64,000 nt of DNA from Balanoglossus misakiensis (GCA_040954595.2 CM082579.2:8111625-8175624); one strand, 5' to 3'. Shown: positions 1-24,560, counted from the first letter of the stretch. Numbers and translations are program-made. Notes: generated by a model not told the origin, from the sequence alone.

Positions 1-95
1 ATTATCCGCATCCCCGAAAAGAGTGACAGCCACACGCCCTGTAACTTCAAACAGGAATATAGAACCAGGAAACGCGCTGTGTAATCCATACTCAC

Positions 96-9898
<9,803 letters not shown>

Positions 9899-12800
9899 TT
9901 TGGAGAGTTACACTGCGTTTTCGCCCAAAAATATTCCCGCAATAACAGTCTTTTGGCTTCGGCGACGGAGGTATCTTCGCTCTGAATTGAAATTACAATA
10001 TACCTGCGATAAACATAATTGCGATGTGATGGAAATTGTTCAAAATATGGGAGAGTCCGGGAGTAGCGGGGAGCTCAGCGTAGCGAAGAAGCCTGGAAGT
10101 CATATGTAAATATGTGGAATTCAAATGTACAAAACAACGCCATCGCGGGGTGGGGTGGGGTGGGAGGGACGAAACCCCCGTCGACTCGCTACTTCGCGAA
10201 TCCGACGTTTCAGCGACACGGAACAACCGAGAACAAAACTGGGCATCGCAGAACATGTATAATCGCCCCCTTTTGGTACATTTTAGGAAAAAGTGATTTC
10301 TAGTTTCCCTAAAGTAAATGTTTGCACAACCAAATCGTGAGTCTGCCATCCCTACCGCGTTGTCTTCGAGTCTGCGTTCAGCCAATCAGCGCGGAGCTGG
10401 GTAGGCCCGACCGTGTGAAGAATACGACGGCAAAACACGTCCCTGCATAAAAAGACGTAATGGATGGCTCCTCTTTCGATTAGCTTGCAAAGCCAACTAT
10501 GGGAGGAAAGCTATCTATAATTAGGAGCTTCTCCTGAGCGCGGAAACGATAAAATGACCTTATACCACCACGGCCGCGTCAAAAATATTTACTCCATCAT
10601 TGTAGAACAAAAACCACCCAGCCCCACAGTGACAGCTTTCGCTGTCAAAATCAGTATGAAAGAGAGACGCCCCCTGCACACTCACTATAATAATCATCAT
10701 ATCAACAGTATATATCTCTGTATTAGAACCGACATTTCAGCCGTCTAGCGCCTTCCTATGTAAACGCGTACGTTTGTATGCATAGGAGCACAGGCAAATC
10801 ACAGTGCCATGTTTTGATAGGTTTTATCGCGGATGTGATCGGCGTGAAGAGTTCATCTTGCTCAACAACACTTTCCCTGAATGCTTCGCAATCACAAAAG
10901 ACCTTGACAAGGGCGCTGGCTGATCGGACAAAGTAGCCGTGCTTGAATCTCTATACGACATAATTGTGTTCGTGTTATTCGCCCGAACAAAGGTTGCGTC
11001 AATCATACGTAGAACGCTTCGTTCTCGGTTACCGTCTGCTCAACTTGTGAACTCACGATATCTCCATCTGCCTTCTGCGAGGAGTTCGCTTACTAACACA
11101 ATATGCCACAAATCAACCAGACAATAAAAGTCAACCGACGAAGTCCGCCAGGGTATAGAGAAAAATAAATAAATAAACTGAATTCTATTTGATTTTCTGT
11201 AAAAAAAATATAAGACTTGCATTTTGCAGTAGAAGATTTACAACCAGCAAGGCGCGCCCAAAACTGAAGATGTAAAATTTGCAACCTATGTGAAGTACAA
11301 TTAAAACCCTACGGTATGGAACTTTTGCTTCAATTACATGACTTTCGTTATTGACGGAACGGGTACAAAATTTGAAGCGACTATGCCTCATTTGATGTCG
11401 TTGGACGGAGACGGACAATTCTCGATACCTTAAATAAGTGTTTGCTACCTAGGTGAGTGATAAAAATATCATGTGGTCGTCGACAGAATTTCAAGATGGC
11501 CGCTGATTTCTGCTAAATGGATACGTCACATTAATGTCGGCTCGTACTGTACTGAAATTCTGTAGCAGAAATAAATAAAATGGGGGGAAAAGTTAAACAA
11601 GTTATATGCTGACTACAAATACAGAACTTCTAGACACGAGAAAATCATAAAATGCAGCTCATCTCTTCGAACTGTTACTGCAGTGATTATCGACTTTGTT
11701 TACCCACAATGCAATGATATTAGGTTCCGACAGTTGCCACTTCCAGCCCTTTTAAGAATAGTAGCAAATTTTATTAACTTTGCGCGCGAATCTAATTATG
11801 ACTGGGCAGTGAATGACGGTCACCTCGGGTTATGTTTATCGTCCACCTGACGACATCGCGTGCAGAAAAAGAAGCACAGCTAATGTTCTACTTTAAAGGT
11901 TTACGGTCACCTATGAAACATTAGCTATAGTTAGGGCCTACCATGGCAAATTGAGATCAAATCCATCGACAAGGACTGAAAAAATTACCTTCTACGGTTG
12001 TATGGCTTAATGATGGGAATTCAAAAGAAATCTCCAAAGATTAGGTCGTATATTTGGCAAGCAAATGTCAAAACATGCAGGTTTGGGGACTTGAATGTCT
12101 TATAATCGATTTACCTATTACTTGTAAACACACTGGATGTCTCTCTCATTTCTCATTTCATTGCTTTTCTGCAAAAATGTTTTGATACGTGACTCTCCGG
12201 TCAATAGCGTAAACTTAATCATTTCCGATCTGCCCATGACCTGCAAATCCTGCGAGTGTAATTTGTTGACCTCAAATTTTCTTCTAATTTTCCCGGATGT
12301 TCTCTAAGCGCCATCATAAACACTGTGGCCTTCATTTGGGTGACGCCCACGTTCGTTTGTGGCGGGTAGCTCATGGCAAGAATCGTCACAATTTTCACTT
12401 TATTTTACATTTTTCGCCTTAAATTTTAAAGGAATGTCAGTACAGTCGAAAAACCGAACCTGAAAAACGTGACATATTGCGTCAATGAAAAATACTTTGC
12501 AAGATCATTTCTTAAAAGTTGCAGCTCATCGGGCATAAAGTAACACAACGTAGACCATTCCGTGCTGTGTGCGTATGCAGTCATTACTCCAATGAATGTT
12601 AGCTCTACGGTTCCGTTTATTAGCATACGGCGGCCATGTTGAAAGGGGGCAGAAGTTTATCATTTATCTTGTTCAAACTTGCACGTGTAGTTCCCGTCAT
12701 AATACACACTGCCCAGTACAGTACATTCACCGCCGTTTGTGGGGATTAAGCAGGATTTGAACCCACAACATTTGTACAGGCCTAGTTTTGCACGCTAATA

Positions 12801-14442
12801 TTTTTAATTCGAAAATTAAATAATGAAATTAACCTTTAAAAGTCGCAGTTCATGGGCTGTTTTTGTTTTCAAATGTCTTGTGTTTGTATCGAAATTCTAC
12901 TCCCCATTTCTCTCACATCAGTTCGCCTGGGAGTGTTGTCATGGAATATCATTTTAATGATATGGTTAAAAGTTCGAATTATTTCAGGGTTAAGGTGAGG
13001 CCACTCACATACATCGCTTGACGCGGTCAACCTTGTGAAGTTCAAGTTCACGATCCTCAGTCATTGAACGCCGCGGGCTCGCGCGTTTGTCAACAAAGAA
13101 ATGTTTCTAAGTATCTTTCCGGCTCTGGTGAGGGCTTGTTTTTGTTTTTGAAATGACACTCATCAAGTTCATTTCTAAAACTCTTGAATCCGGACAGCTG
13201 TGTATGATTTTATTGATATGGTTGTGAATAATTGCCGCGGAGTCAAGGCTGTGTTGCTCACATAATATGTAATTCACATAATGAAGTCGACCTTGTCAAG
13301 TTCAACTTCACACTCAAATTATTGAAAAAAATACACAATCCCCAGTGAGTGCCAGGGGCTTGCCGAAACCCGTTTGTAATGGCCGAAGAAATTACGCCCC
13401 AACCGCTGTCGTTCTGGCGTAGGTGCGCGCTCGCCTTTGTTTTAAATCTGACTCTAATGATCGTTTCTAAACACTTGAAAGTCGTGACACGTAACGGAGT
13501 GGGGGACAGAAATGCTCCCATATATCATTCTATTTTCGCATCACTATTAATAATTTCTGTCAGCTTTTCCTACAATGTGTGTATATTCCTCTTCGGTGCA
13601 AATAGGTCAGGGTCAATCTCCCAAAACAGAGTAAATATCGCAGAGAAAGAGAGAGAGAATCTTAATTTTGTTGAGAGCAATAAAAAATAAGAGCACTTAG
13701 GCCTACAGGTAAGCACTTTGTATTAGATTTCGCACGCAAGAAATGTCGAGGCCACTTCTCTCACTCGCAATTGGCGGATAGGTGTTTTGTTGGTTATCTC
13801 GACGAGGGATAGTGGCGGGTGTGGCTGGGGGGGGGGGTCGATCAGGAATGGGTGAAATTTAATGTCTGGTGGTCAGAAATTTGTAGAATGTTCAATTACG
13901 GGAAGAAGGGGTGCGATGGCGGGCGTTTGAAAGAGATTTCAGATCTTGTTCGGTGTTAAAATTTTTAGTAATCTGTTGATCGATATTCTTTTAAATCTTG
14001 TAAAAAATGTTTAAGTAAAGAACATAGTCGGGGTTCGGGTGGGGGTGGGGGATAAAGAGCTCCTGACTTGAAGAGAATATACTCCTTCGAAGCAGGTAGG
14101 CGTGCGAGTTGTCTTCTGCTCGACGGCTTTTCGAGATGATTTATATCGGACTGCCATAATCAGGTCAAAGTCGACGTCTGTTTTTCAGCGCGTGCCAATT
14201 TCACCACGCTTTATGTCCTCATTTGCCATTAATGAAGCGATGTCAGCAATCCATGGCACTCGATCATGTTCATCATGTCAACTCGATCCGTGTGTTCGGA
14301 CCTATACTCGGCGGCAAATTTTCGGGGAAATGACCTTAAAACAAAGCGCGCACCCAGCGCCCGAATTCGTTTTCCTCTGGCTATGCAACCTTAGATTAAA
14401 TTCCAGAAAATGATATAATTACATCGCCGGCTCAAATGCTCT

Positions 14443-15390
14443 GTTACCATGGCGACCAGATCGAACTCTTGAAGTATGTAAATTTGGTTCATCGATCCTT
14501 GATACATAGTAAGTTTGATCTTGTGTACCGGAGCACACAATTTCGATTGCCAATAACATTTTGCGAGATTATCGGGTTACTTTGCTGCATAAGTCACTAT
14601 CCTTCCACAGTCAATATGGCCGTGGCTAATACTAGTATATTCTAGTTTAGGAGGGTGTTTTTAAGGTGACCTTATTTTTCGTTTGAACCACCATGGTGAC
14701 GTGAGGCGCCCGCTATAGAAGACAGAAACTGTGACTTAGACAATTGAACGTAGGTATGTTAATTTTAAGTTATTGGAACAGAATTTAAATGCGACAATTT
14801 AGGGGTGGTTCATTTGATATTGGGGGGAAAATGTCATCAGAATTGTCGATTCTTGTGTGTGCTAAACTACTCCCCTCAAACATCAAACCGTCGATTTTTT
14901 CTTTTCGAAAGTAGAGGGCGCGCTCTACTACTTTTGTAGCCGAGAACGGTGAAATTCATTACGTTGGAGACTTCACAGGTACTATAAGCGGGCAACTCAA
15001 AACATGCGCAAATGACAGACATTGCATATTAGGTTTCTCTCCCCCTGAAAATCATGAGCGCCACCTCTCTCCTACAAACGCGTATCCTTCGTCTGACATT
15101 CTGGGAAATGCAGGTAACCACGGCAACAGTCCGATGCTCACACAAGCGGACGTGAAAGGTTGTTTGATCATATAGTTCACCAGGAGTGCACGCGATTTGA
15201 GTTCTTAACATTCGTATTTACGGAAGTGTGGAAGTTCGGGTTATTTACGTGGCGACTTTTTCCTCGCCATCTGCCGCAGCTGAAGTAAATAGCAATTGTG
15301 CAAAGAAATCGTCTCCTGGGAATCCAGTTTCAACTGGCCGGTAGCCATAGCAACGCACGAGACGACTGTAGATACTTACACAGCTCATGG
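14443..15390 (+). promoter_or_regulatory. Promoter region of proteolipid paralogue B with three X-boxes and ETS-like sites
   Basis: GTTACCATGGCGAC 14443-14456, GTAACCACGGCAAC 15114-15127, GTAGCCATAGCAAC 15341-15354; CGGAAGT/GGAAGT near 15221-15236; immediately upstream of ATGG|GTAAGT. Confidence 0.6.
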
Positions 15391-18300
15391 GTAAGTATGC
15401 GTATTCTTCGTAAAAACTGTATCAGCGCAGAGAAACGATGTTTTCCGGCTTCCGCAGGCTTGAAACCTTGACATTTGTGTGAGGGTACTAGGGTTATATT
15501 TCACTGCACGGACACCTGAGGATATAGCAATTTAATAGGAAAACAACATCATTGATCTGAAAATACACGCGTGATGGGCCAGTGTTTCGTGAGAACTATT
15601 GCTTCAGGTCTCAATACAACAGCGAAACGAGAAGTTCGTGCCACCGAAACCCGAGGCCGTGCGACAAACGTGTGACCCCAGGTGACATAGCTTTGCCTCG
15701 TGTTTGTTGATTCGTAAGTTCAAGGTCTCGCTGGAGAGACAAGTAAATAAACCTTGGCAGACGATATTTAGCCTGAACAATTCTTAAACTATTCCCGCCA
15801 AAAGTTGTTTTCATTGCTGCTGAGACGTTACTGTGTTTCTGAACAGAGTTGTGCATTGTTTATATCACCAGCCAACCGGAGACACAATTCAGCGTTTAAT
15901 TTAAAAGTCATTTGCTTCTCAACAAAACTTGTATTTGAGTAACGGCCAGTGATATTGTGGACAGATAAATTCAAGTGCGGACCTGAATTTATTTTTCTAC
16001 ATTAACAATGCTGATAAGTACAAAAGCGTCGCATTGAAAAACCAAATACTCGGTAATTCTTTATGTTTTACAGAGTAGAACAAGAAACCACAGTTGAAAC
16101 CCCAAACAAGAATTCTGAGAAAACAACCCAAAGTTGAAGATACTGGGGCTTTAATAAGTGATCTCACTGAATCGCCGACCCACAAAATACACCTGTCACG
16201 CCGATATGATTTTCAACGTCCCTGACCTTACTGCGCCTGGAGTTCACTTAAAACTATCGCTTTTTTTAAATAAATGAAACACCTTCTGGAAATGATTGTT
16301 TACACCAAGTTAAGTTGGTATTGTTAAACACCAATTCTCGTCATCATCGTAAGTGGCCGTGTGTAATCAACTACTAACGATTTTTTCAACGTTGTTAGTT
16401 ATACCTAACACAATTATGTTTTGGGAATCGATTGTAATGAAATTTCGTCGCACATCTCCGTTCTGGGAATATCAATGTCACGAACGTCGCAGCATATTTT
16501 GCGTTTCGGCTCCAATGTTTCTTGGTTTTCCCTTCAAAACTTTCACATGCAAACGACAATGTTGTGGGGGTCTAGGCTACATGGAAGACGCGTCGCGCTG
16601 GTTGCCTTGATAACAGAATCATGCATGGCCGCAAGCTGTCCCACGCATTCTGCACTTAATGCGCGAAGCCAACAGCAATAAAATTTGAACATTTTAGGAG
16701 AACAAGTTTTTTTTCTCTGTAATGCAGTACTGTATAAGTTTACCCCGCCAAATCATTGACGATAGATTTATAAATTGACAGACTTTCGACCCCCGCTGCC
16801 AGTTTGAGCGACTTGCGCGGCACCTTCCTCGGTGAACGACAATACGTCAGGTATCACACTGGACGACAATAGGTGCAAGACCACTCGTGCATACATCGGC
16901 CTCGTTGTGGGCCCCCCGCCCCATGCAAAATAGCTTTCATTGCTATGTATGACTTAAGCACAAAACGCCCCGACGTGGTGATCAGTGCGTAATTTGCGAC
17001 GAGACGTCAATATCACCCGGGCCGAGCGAAAACGTACGTAGGCTTATCAGGCACAGAGATCCATTTGAGTGCAAACCAGGTAACGTTCACACAGGGTTAT
17101 AGATCAGAAAGAGGCTTCGGATATACAAACGATCATGTGTAAGTATAAACGTACGTTCGCTGACTGTAGCATATACAGGCATGTTTTTATGATAGGTGTG
17201 ACCTCAATTTTCCTGAAAACACCACTGTGCGTATCTGAGAGCTACTGAAAAAGAGGTATAATGTCAACTCCAGATCTGCTGTTGCCTGTACTTAGATCAG
17301 TGTTATCACACAAAACCGTGACGTTTTCGGTAATATTGCGTGATTAGAGTTTTTTCTGTTATAAAAGGTAAACATACTACTGTACAGATGGATTTGATCT
17401 ATGAGGCTTATGGCTTGTTACATCGACTGTCAGTTAGCGTGTAACGGCAGTTATTTATTACGTAAATGGATGTACGGAAAGTACCATTGTTTCGCGGCCA
17501 ATTTAACCATTGTATCCTTTGAACAACTCGTGTGGGAGACCCCTTTCACGTTGGATTAAAATAAACAACAAAAGCGACTCACATGGCTACGTACCCCACC
17601 CATGTAATATTTAACCTTTAGCAGATAAAACACGGACCATTTGATTTATTGTAGGTTGGCTACTTGGGGGTGTCACGTATTAGTATTAATAATTTATTCA
17701 TATCATAAATCGTGGATATAAAAATATGTATATGGCTCTGATATATAAGGGGTGTTTAAGTTGCAGAGCGACGAGAGTTTGTAACGGAAAACTCGAAACG
17801 GCGATGGCGGGGGAGTTGGTGGGCGTTCTGGTGACATTTTTGTGATTTGCGTCGTAAGTCTCTCCCTTCGTAACGCCAAAAATTAATTTTAAGGGGAGGA
17901 GGTCCAGCTTTGTCAGGGAGATCAGTACTAGTGAATACGTCCACGCTATATAACGCATTCTGCGCATAGTGATTCAGATATTTCGAGGATATCCGAACGC
18001 TCAACTGACAAAGTGTGTATAAATCGTTGCCCCTGACAAGCCTTTCAGAAACATATCTGAATTTATAAGCTGCACATGAAAAGGCTCACGTAGCAAAGTC
18101 TGAGTAATTTTTAGAACTGACTCGAGCTTTTAGACGGTGGATATTGGACACTGTATATTCACGTTACCTGTCACATCGGACAAAGCTGTCGCTGTCCACG
18201 GCTTGGGCGGCAACCGCTGTACTGTACACTAATGCTCATGGATTTCACTTGTGGGTCGGTGAACAATGGACCGAAAACTTTCTCCGTTGTATCTTGGGCG

Positions 18301-21300
18301 CGCTGAAGGTCGTGTTCCGACAGAGAACTCTTCAAGACTTTGTTCAAACATTGAGTCATGATTCGCGGCATGTTAGTCAGGATCTCGCTTTTTCCGATAC
18401 CTTCCACGCCCCGAACTCAAGAAGAGTGTCGAAGGCAACACGTGTCCGTGCCCACAACATGCAAATATCACGTAAACTGGCTATATATACACCTGTCGTT
18501 CACCTAATGCTATCCAATATTCAAATACTTTGGGTCAGTTCCCGCTTAATATGCCTATACATATCTAGATTTTTTCGTTGTCGTTTTTATGGATGTCGTG
18601 TACCCTCTCGTCGTTTGATATAGGCAATCGAATGTACTGTGCAACTATATTTTCCATTCCTCGGGTCATCCACTGAAACAATAGTGATGGTATCTGCGTG
18701 TGTAGGCGAGGTAATTACAATATGAACGGTCTTTAAGTGGCTTGTCAACAAGATTAGCTATCACTTTCAGGCGAGAAGAGCGAATTTTGATTGATACATT
18801 GCACAATTTCGGGCGTTGTCCTTTCCAAATTTGCAAGGAAAAGAATCAGGCCCCAACGTGATTCATTTCTTCCCCCAAGCGCAATCCACTGTCGTGCCAC
18901 TCAGTCCCACTGCAAAGTGCAGTGTGACGGAGTCTATATTTAACCAACCAGCGACCCGGTACTGGCTTGGAAATCGACCGAGTTTCATTGAGGCGTTCGA
19001 AAATGGAGAAATATCAATAATGCGTTTTGTAAAGTCGGGATTTCCATTAAATTTATAATAAACACTCTGTCAACGTCAGCGGTGTCAAATCGCCTCAGTG
19101 GTCGAGAGCTATTGAGACACACCCAAATATATGTCGTCGCTTATGTTCAAATTTTCAGAATCAGCGACGTGTCCTCTCAAAATATCTGGCATTTTAGCAC
19201 CACACCTCTATGTTGCGTGCCAAATCGCTACCCTACAATTAAGAGTCCCCGTCACACGTAAGCGCTGTTCAAAAGTGGAAAGGCAAATGTTTACCACTTT
19301 AAAATGAAGCCAAAGTAACCGTCAAATCGATGATTGTACGTGTGCCATATAGATCGATTGCTCCACCGTACATGCTTACGTCATTCACGACACACCTATC
19401 ACTTCAAGTGCAGTTCAATTAACCTTTCGATTTTTTTAACCGAAACACTCCCGTTGTTTTGATACTCTTTGGCATTTACACCTCCAACACCACAAAACTA
19501 ATAATTCTACTCTTGTTTCTTTAACGGTTGCCCTGAAAATGCTAGTTGCTGGCAAAGGGTGATTGCCCTAGCCTGGTCTCCATACACAGTGTGTTTTAGA
19601 TAGACTCTTGCGTGTGTGTCTATCTAAACCACACTAGGTATCATACTAGGCTATGATTGCCCATGCACCTTACGAGTAGATGCCCTAAACGTTAACGCTT
19701 GCTGGTGTTAATAGCAAACGACAAATATCTCTGAATGAAACCGGGGACCGGCGAAGGCGACTGGATTCGTGTACCATTTGGGTGCAGTGGGAACTGTAGG
19801 ACACAATATTACTCGTATCTACACACATGTCTGAATCCCAGGTACAATGTCGGGTAACCTTAAAGAAACAACACACCCTCGGAGGCGACACGAGCAACAG
19901 AAGGAGTAGCGCCGTGTCAACATCTCAAGCCTTTTGTTGCCCCTCCTGTTGAATCCCTCAATGACATTCCATAGGACAACGTCTTACCGACATTGGCATT
20001 CTCACAAGTAACGGTTGACAAAAACGAAGGCCCTGTCCCCATTCACAAAACCAAACCGACGCTTGCCGTTTTGTTGAAGGTGGCCCTGGAAGGTAGGTGG
20101 ACAACAATTGTCCGCGTTTCGCCGTTTCGTGAACTTAAAGAAGGAGGTCAAAAAGTTACGCACGTATACGAAGTTTATTTCCAAACCAGTACACACCCCG
20201 AAATTGTTCTTGACATGCCTTTAGATCAATGGTCATACCATCGTGTGAAAGGGCTAAATTGTTTCGACTATACTTGTTCAAAACGTCCACCTGATATTAG
20301 TCGCATATTAAAATTCATCTCGTGGAAATCAAACAGAATATTTTACCTAAATTCGCACAGGCGTATAACGGGACAACCAAACTAAGGCCAGACAAGACGA
20401 ACCAAAACAACACAAACCAAACCAAAACATGACAATGCAATGCCATGTATTATACGTAAATTCTTTTTTCGACAGGCGGCCGCGATGGATGCTGTGGGCG
20501 AACGGCATGGGGTTCCATATTCGCTTTTATCATATCGGTGGGTGGACTTGTCGTCATGTGTTACTTTGGACGGGAAGGGATTATTTCGACGGTTGAGCTG
20601 TTCACGGGGACTCAAGTAGAAGCCGATACCGCTCTCTCAGACAAGTAAGTATAGTGTCAGCCATTCGCTAGCAAAAAATTGAATTTCAACTACAGATCAA
20701 CAAACACGTGACTACTTCCATTTGTGCCACGCAGACTACGTGATACATTACTGCATAAAGATTGTAATGAATGAATGAATGAATGAATGAATGAATGAAT
20801 GAATGAATGAATGAATGAACGAATGAATGAATGAATGAATGAACAAATGAATGAAGGAATGAATGAACGAATGAAGGAAGGAATGAATGGTAAGTAGGTA
20901 TGTACATCAATTGATCACAAAATGTTACGTTCGTGCATAGTTAAGACAGTCATATTACTTTGTACTTGCAAACGCATGTTCCACGTGCTCTGTTCCATGT
21001 GTCAGACCATGGTAAGGTAATTTTCTGACGTCATGACAATAACCACTGCATCTTTCCTTCTCACCAGCATACAATCCGTGGAATACGCGCTGTACACTGT
21101 TTTTGGAGTGATGGTCATCGTCGCTTTGATTGCGTTGATCATCGGTGGTGCGGTGACTTGCGTTAACGCCGGCAAGTCGGGTGGATTCGCGGGGCGGTGT
21201 GTCGGTCGCCTCTTCATTGTCATCGTAAGTGTCGCATGTTTGAAATGGTATAGAGAAGGTGTTTGAATGGGCGGGGTGGACGGGCGGACGGACGGACAGG

Positions 21301-23239
21301 GTCGTCTGATCAGAATTTGTTATTTGTACCCATAGGAATACAACCTACTTTATTGATTTTATGAGACTAGATCAGTCTTTTTCTGCAACTAGAATTCACC
21401 CGACAAAACTATGCACATTCGTCGGATTTGAGTCATACGATAGCAGTTGCCGAATACCATGCATTACAAGCAAATAATATAAAAAATCATAGACTTGAGC
21501 AAGCATTTCTGTGATTTATTCGAAGTTGACATGCAGGGCGTGAAAATACCAATTCTAATATAGTTCCATACCACACAGGGATTCACAAAACATAACCCTC
21601 GCAGCGACGTTGGCAAATGCAACTTTCGAGTTTCTAGTAACAAAGTATAACGTGCATTTTTATTTTTTTCTGTTCTATATTCACAGTTTGAAGTTATCCT
21701 TTATATCCTGTGTTTGTGCTGGATCCTGATCACAGCTGTACTCGTGGCCCCCGTCCTTTTCAGCTTAATGATAACTGTGTTTTGTGCCGTGGATCCAGTC
21801 GACTCCATTGTCGAAGACTGCATCGACCTGGCTCAGTTCGGTAAGTTCTCGATCAGAATGGAAAAGTGATTTGCTGATCCCGACTTCTGGAAACACATCC
21901 TTGGGATTTGGCAAGTGACTTTCGAAATGCTCAGTAACTGTAGTATCATTGTAACATCCTCGGATGGGATGGGATGGGGTGGGATGGGATATGTAAATGG
22001 AGGGATGGTAGATGATGGGAAATTTGCACAAGGTACAGACAAGTTCATCAACGCATATTTGCATTCATCAGTCTGGTATAATATATATCAACAGTTACTG
22101 TAGATCCCTAAAAAGTTCGGGCTTGTATATAGGGCCAATCAAAATGCTGTTTCCCACCTCGTCTCCAGATATAGATAGGCGCCAGTCCCAGGTGAAAAGT
22201 TTGAGAAATGGGGCTTTCTAATTAAATGTGTTGCATCCGTCTGTGTAGGTTTGGTAAAACGTATCGCAGAAGACAGAGGAACCAACAACACAAAAATATG
22301 TTTCGAAGACTTGCAGGTGTTTTGTAACCAGGTACGTAATCGACAACACACTAAAATTCAGCCAACGCCTCCTGAAGTCTACACTCTTGCTGATCTGCCT
22401 CTGTGCGGACATTCACTCACCACTGTATATAAGCATGTCTCTTTTTTCTCATTTTACAGACCGACACAGTTTTACTGAACTATATTTTAACAATGCTGGG
22501 ATGTCTTATCATTGTTCTTGGTCTGGTGAGTTTAAATCCACTTGTCTTGCGTTCGGGGAGCTTCCAGTAGGCAAGAAAGTCCGTTGTGAACGAACACCGC
22601 GACAGAAAGTGGAACAGTGTGCCTGTTTATTGACCCGTCTGACAGGTCTTATGCCCCTGGTTGACACAGTTTTTTACACTCTCTATAGAATGTCAAGAAT
22701 GTTCATTGAAGTGTGGATCATCTCCAGCATTTAATTAATCTGGGTCACTTTCGCAGATGATTGTTCACGTTTTGGGGTGACTTTGTTCTTTGTATCAGAA
22801 TCTGTAGGTAAATAGGCATGTTCTGAAACAGGCTGAATCGAAGCAGAATCATTCCTCGAACCATTACCAGTTCACGGCGCACTTCCCGATACGTGGCAGT
22901 GAAACGAAACACCAAATTTTGTCACCATAACTGCTTTTGAGTCCGTGTTCAAAGGCATGTTCTAGTCTGACGATGAAAACGACAAATCAAACAGCAGAAT
23001 TCTGACCATCAGTATCTCACTTTCACCCCAACAAACTAATAGCACGGATTCTCTGTCTCCCTCTCTTTCAACAGATCCACTTTTTGATGTGCATGTCGGC
23101 CAACTTCGCCCACCTCGGCTACCGACCACCAAAACCCAAGAGGGGCAAGGACTACGAAATGAGCGACGTCGGCCACAACGGACCGCAGAGCGAAACTACC
23201 CAGACTGAAGGTCACGAATTGAAGTCAAAATATTTCTAA
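15387..23239 (+). CDS. Proteolipid protein family (M6/DM20-like) paralogue B, 7 coding exons, about 265 aa, four TM segments
   Basis: Exons 15387-15390 (ATGG|gtaagt), 20476-20644, 21068-21224, 21687-21840, 22249-22331, 22460-22525, 23075-23239 join in frame (798 nt). N-terminal GCC cysteines, four EC2 cysteines (FC..DCIDLAQFG..IC..FC), and the M6 hallmark IHFLMCMSANFAH. Confidence 0.9.
19569..19653. mobile_element. 85-bp palindromic non-autonomous DNA transposon (MITE), copy 1, 9-bp TSD
   Basis: TAGCCTGG...CTAGGCTA termini; internal hairpin AGTGTGTTTTAGATAGAC / GTCTATCTAAACCACACT; TGATTGCCC duplicated at 19560-19568 and 19654-19662. Confidence 0.88.
20766..20889. repeat. (AATG)n microsatellite, degenerate at the 3' end
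   Basis: About 30 AATG/AACG/AAGG units directly visible. Confidence 0.97.
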
Positions 23240-24474
23240 CACCACCTCTTTCACTCAACCTTCGGGGGATAGACATTAACTGTAGCAAAACAATAAAGCT
23301 TATTTATAACATTACTGACAATTTCTTCCAAGCATTGCGATCGATTTTTTTATTATGATATATTTTTGTGCTATATTCGTCAGCTATTAATTCCTAATCA
23401 GGTTAACCTGATGACGTCAAGAAAGCTGGAATGTTTTTTTTTATCAGTATTCACTTTGTGCTATATATAAGAGGTAGCATGCCCTGACAGTACCGTAAAA
23501 ACTCTATCATTTCAACCGGATCCCCTCAGTTTAATTCACTAACCTAGAGGGTCTCTTTCCCCCCGGCACTGTAGTTGCCTCTGATATGCACGTTTGAAGT
23601 GCACCTGCTTTTGCTGTGTCCATTCTAATTTGTAATTCTACTCCATACATTAAGTTTAGCTAGTTACCTCGGTCAAATGTAATATAACCATTAATGTAAA
23701 ACACCTGGAAATCGTAGGCCTATCCCTATTCATAAAAAGGTAGATTTTCTTTGGGGTTGAATTGATAGAGTTTTTATGGTGGTTTTGTTTTCTTTGGAAT
23801 GTTACTGGTATTGATAAATGGACTACTTATCGAAAAAGCGCTCCGTCCTAACATAATGTTAGATTCATGGGTTAGGCTTAAAGAAAACGAAAACAATTTA
23901 ACAAAAAAATTAATGAAACATAGCTGCGCAAATTATTTATGCAGCTTTCCTTTTGTCTGTACCCATGAACTAAACATTTATGGTTAGCTTGTGCTTTATT
24001 TCAGTATTAGATTTTCAAAATTTTCTGAAAACTTGCTGGGTGACATTAAAATAAATGTGTGCTTCATCCTGGAATGTTTATATCTTTTGCATGGAAAGAC
24101 AGTCATGGCATAATTGCTATTGTTATCAAGGCTGTGTAAATGACTTGTTATGGATTGGCATATTGCAAAAAAATTCCAGCAAATTTTTCCCGGAACATAT
24201 ACCATATCATCCTTCGAATATGTTGAAATTTTTGAATTCATGTTGTGCCCGATGTTGCATAGAATTTTGTCTTTATTGCACTCTAGTGGTTTTTGAACAG
24301 GGGGGGGGGGGACCAACCTTTCTTATATTAATGATGGTGCTCATTTGAAGGATTATACGGTATTCACCATTTGCTAGCCTACGTTGCATGCCCAGGGTTG
24401 CATGCTATAATTGGACGGAACAGCAGTGTCAAGATTTATTGATATTCGCTTGTGCATTTGTTTATCTGATTTAA

Positions 24475-24560
24475 CCCTTTCACCCCCCAGTTCCCTATAC
24501 AGAGGTCCAACTCTACCATAGAAAACAATGGATTTGGTCCATACCATGGTGGTGAAAGGG
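24475..24560. mobile_element. 86-bp piggyBac-type MITE
   Basis: TTAA|CCCTTTCACCCCC ... GGTGGTGAAAGGG|TTAA: TTAA on both sides (24471-24474, 24561-24564), CCC/GGG termini, 13-bp TIR with one mismatch. Confidence 0.85.

Noticed and set aside
11893-12839. TTAAAGGTT...AACCTTTAA, a possible Kolobok-like element
   Set aside because: The inverted match is only about 9-10 bp including TTAA; there is no further TIR support.
14443-14456. Minus-strand GCCATG|GTAACA as first exon of paralogue A
   Set aside because: A phase-0 donor does not fit the phase-1 acceptor at 5089; better explained as an X-box.
17512-17520. GTATCCTTT, a U12-type 5' splice-site consensus
   Set aside because: Mid-intron, with no supporting exon or TCCTTAAC branch site.
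18144-18623. 159-aa + strand ORF (also 19993-20385)
   Set aside because: Non-ATG start, no recognisable domain, lies in intron 1 of paralogue B.
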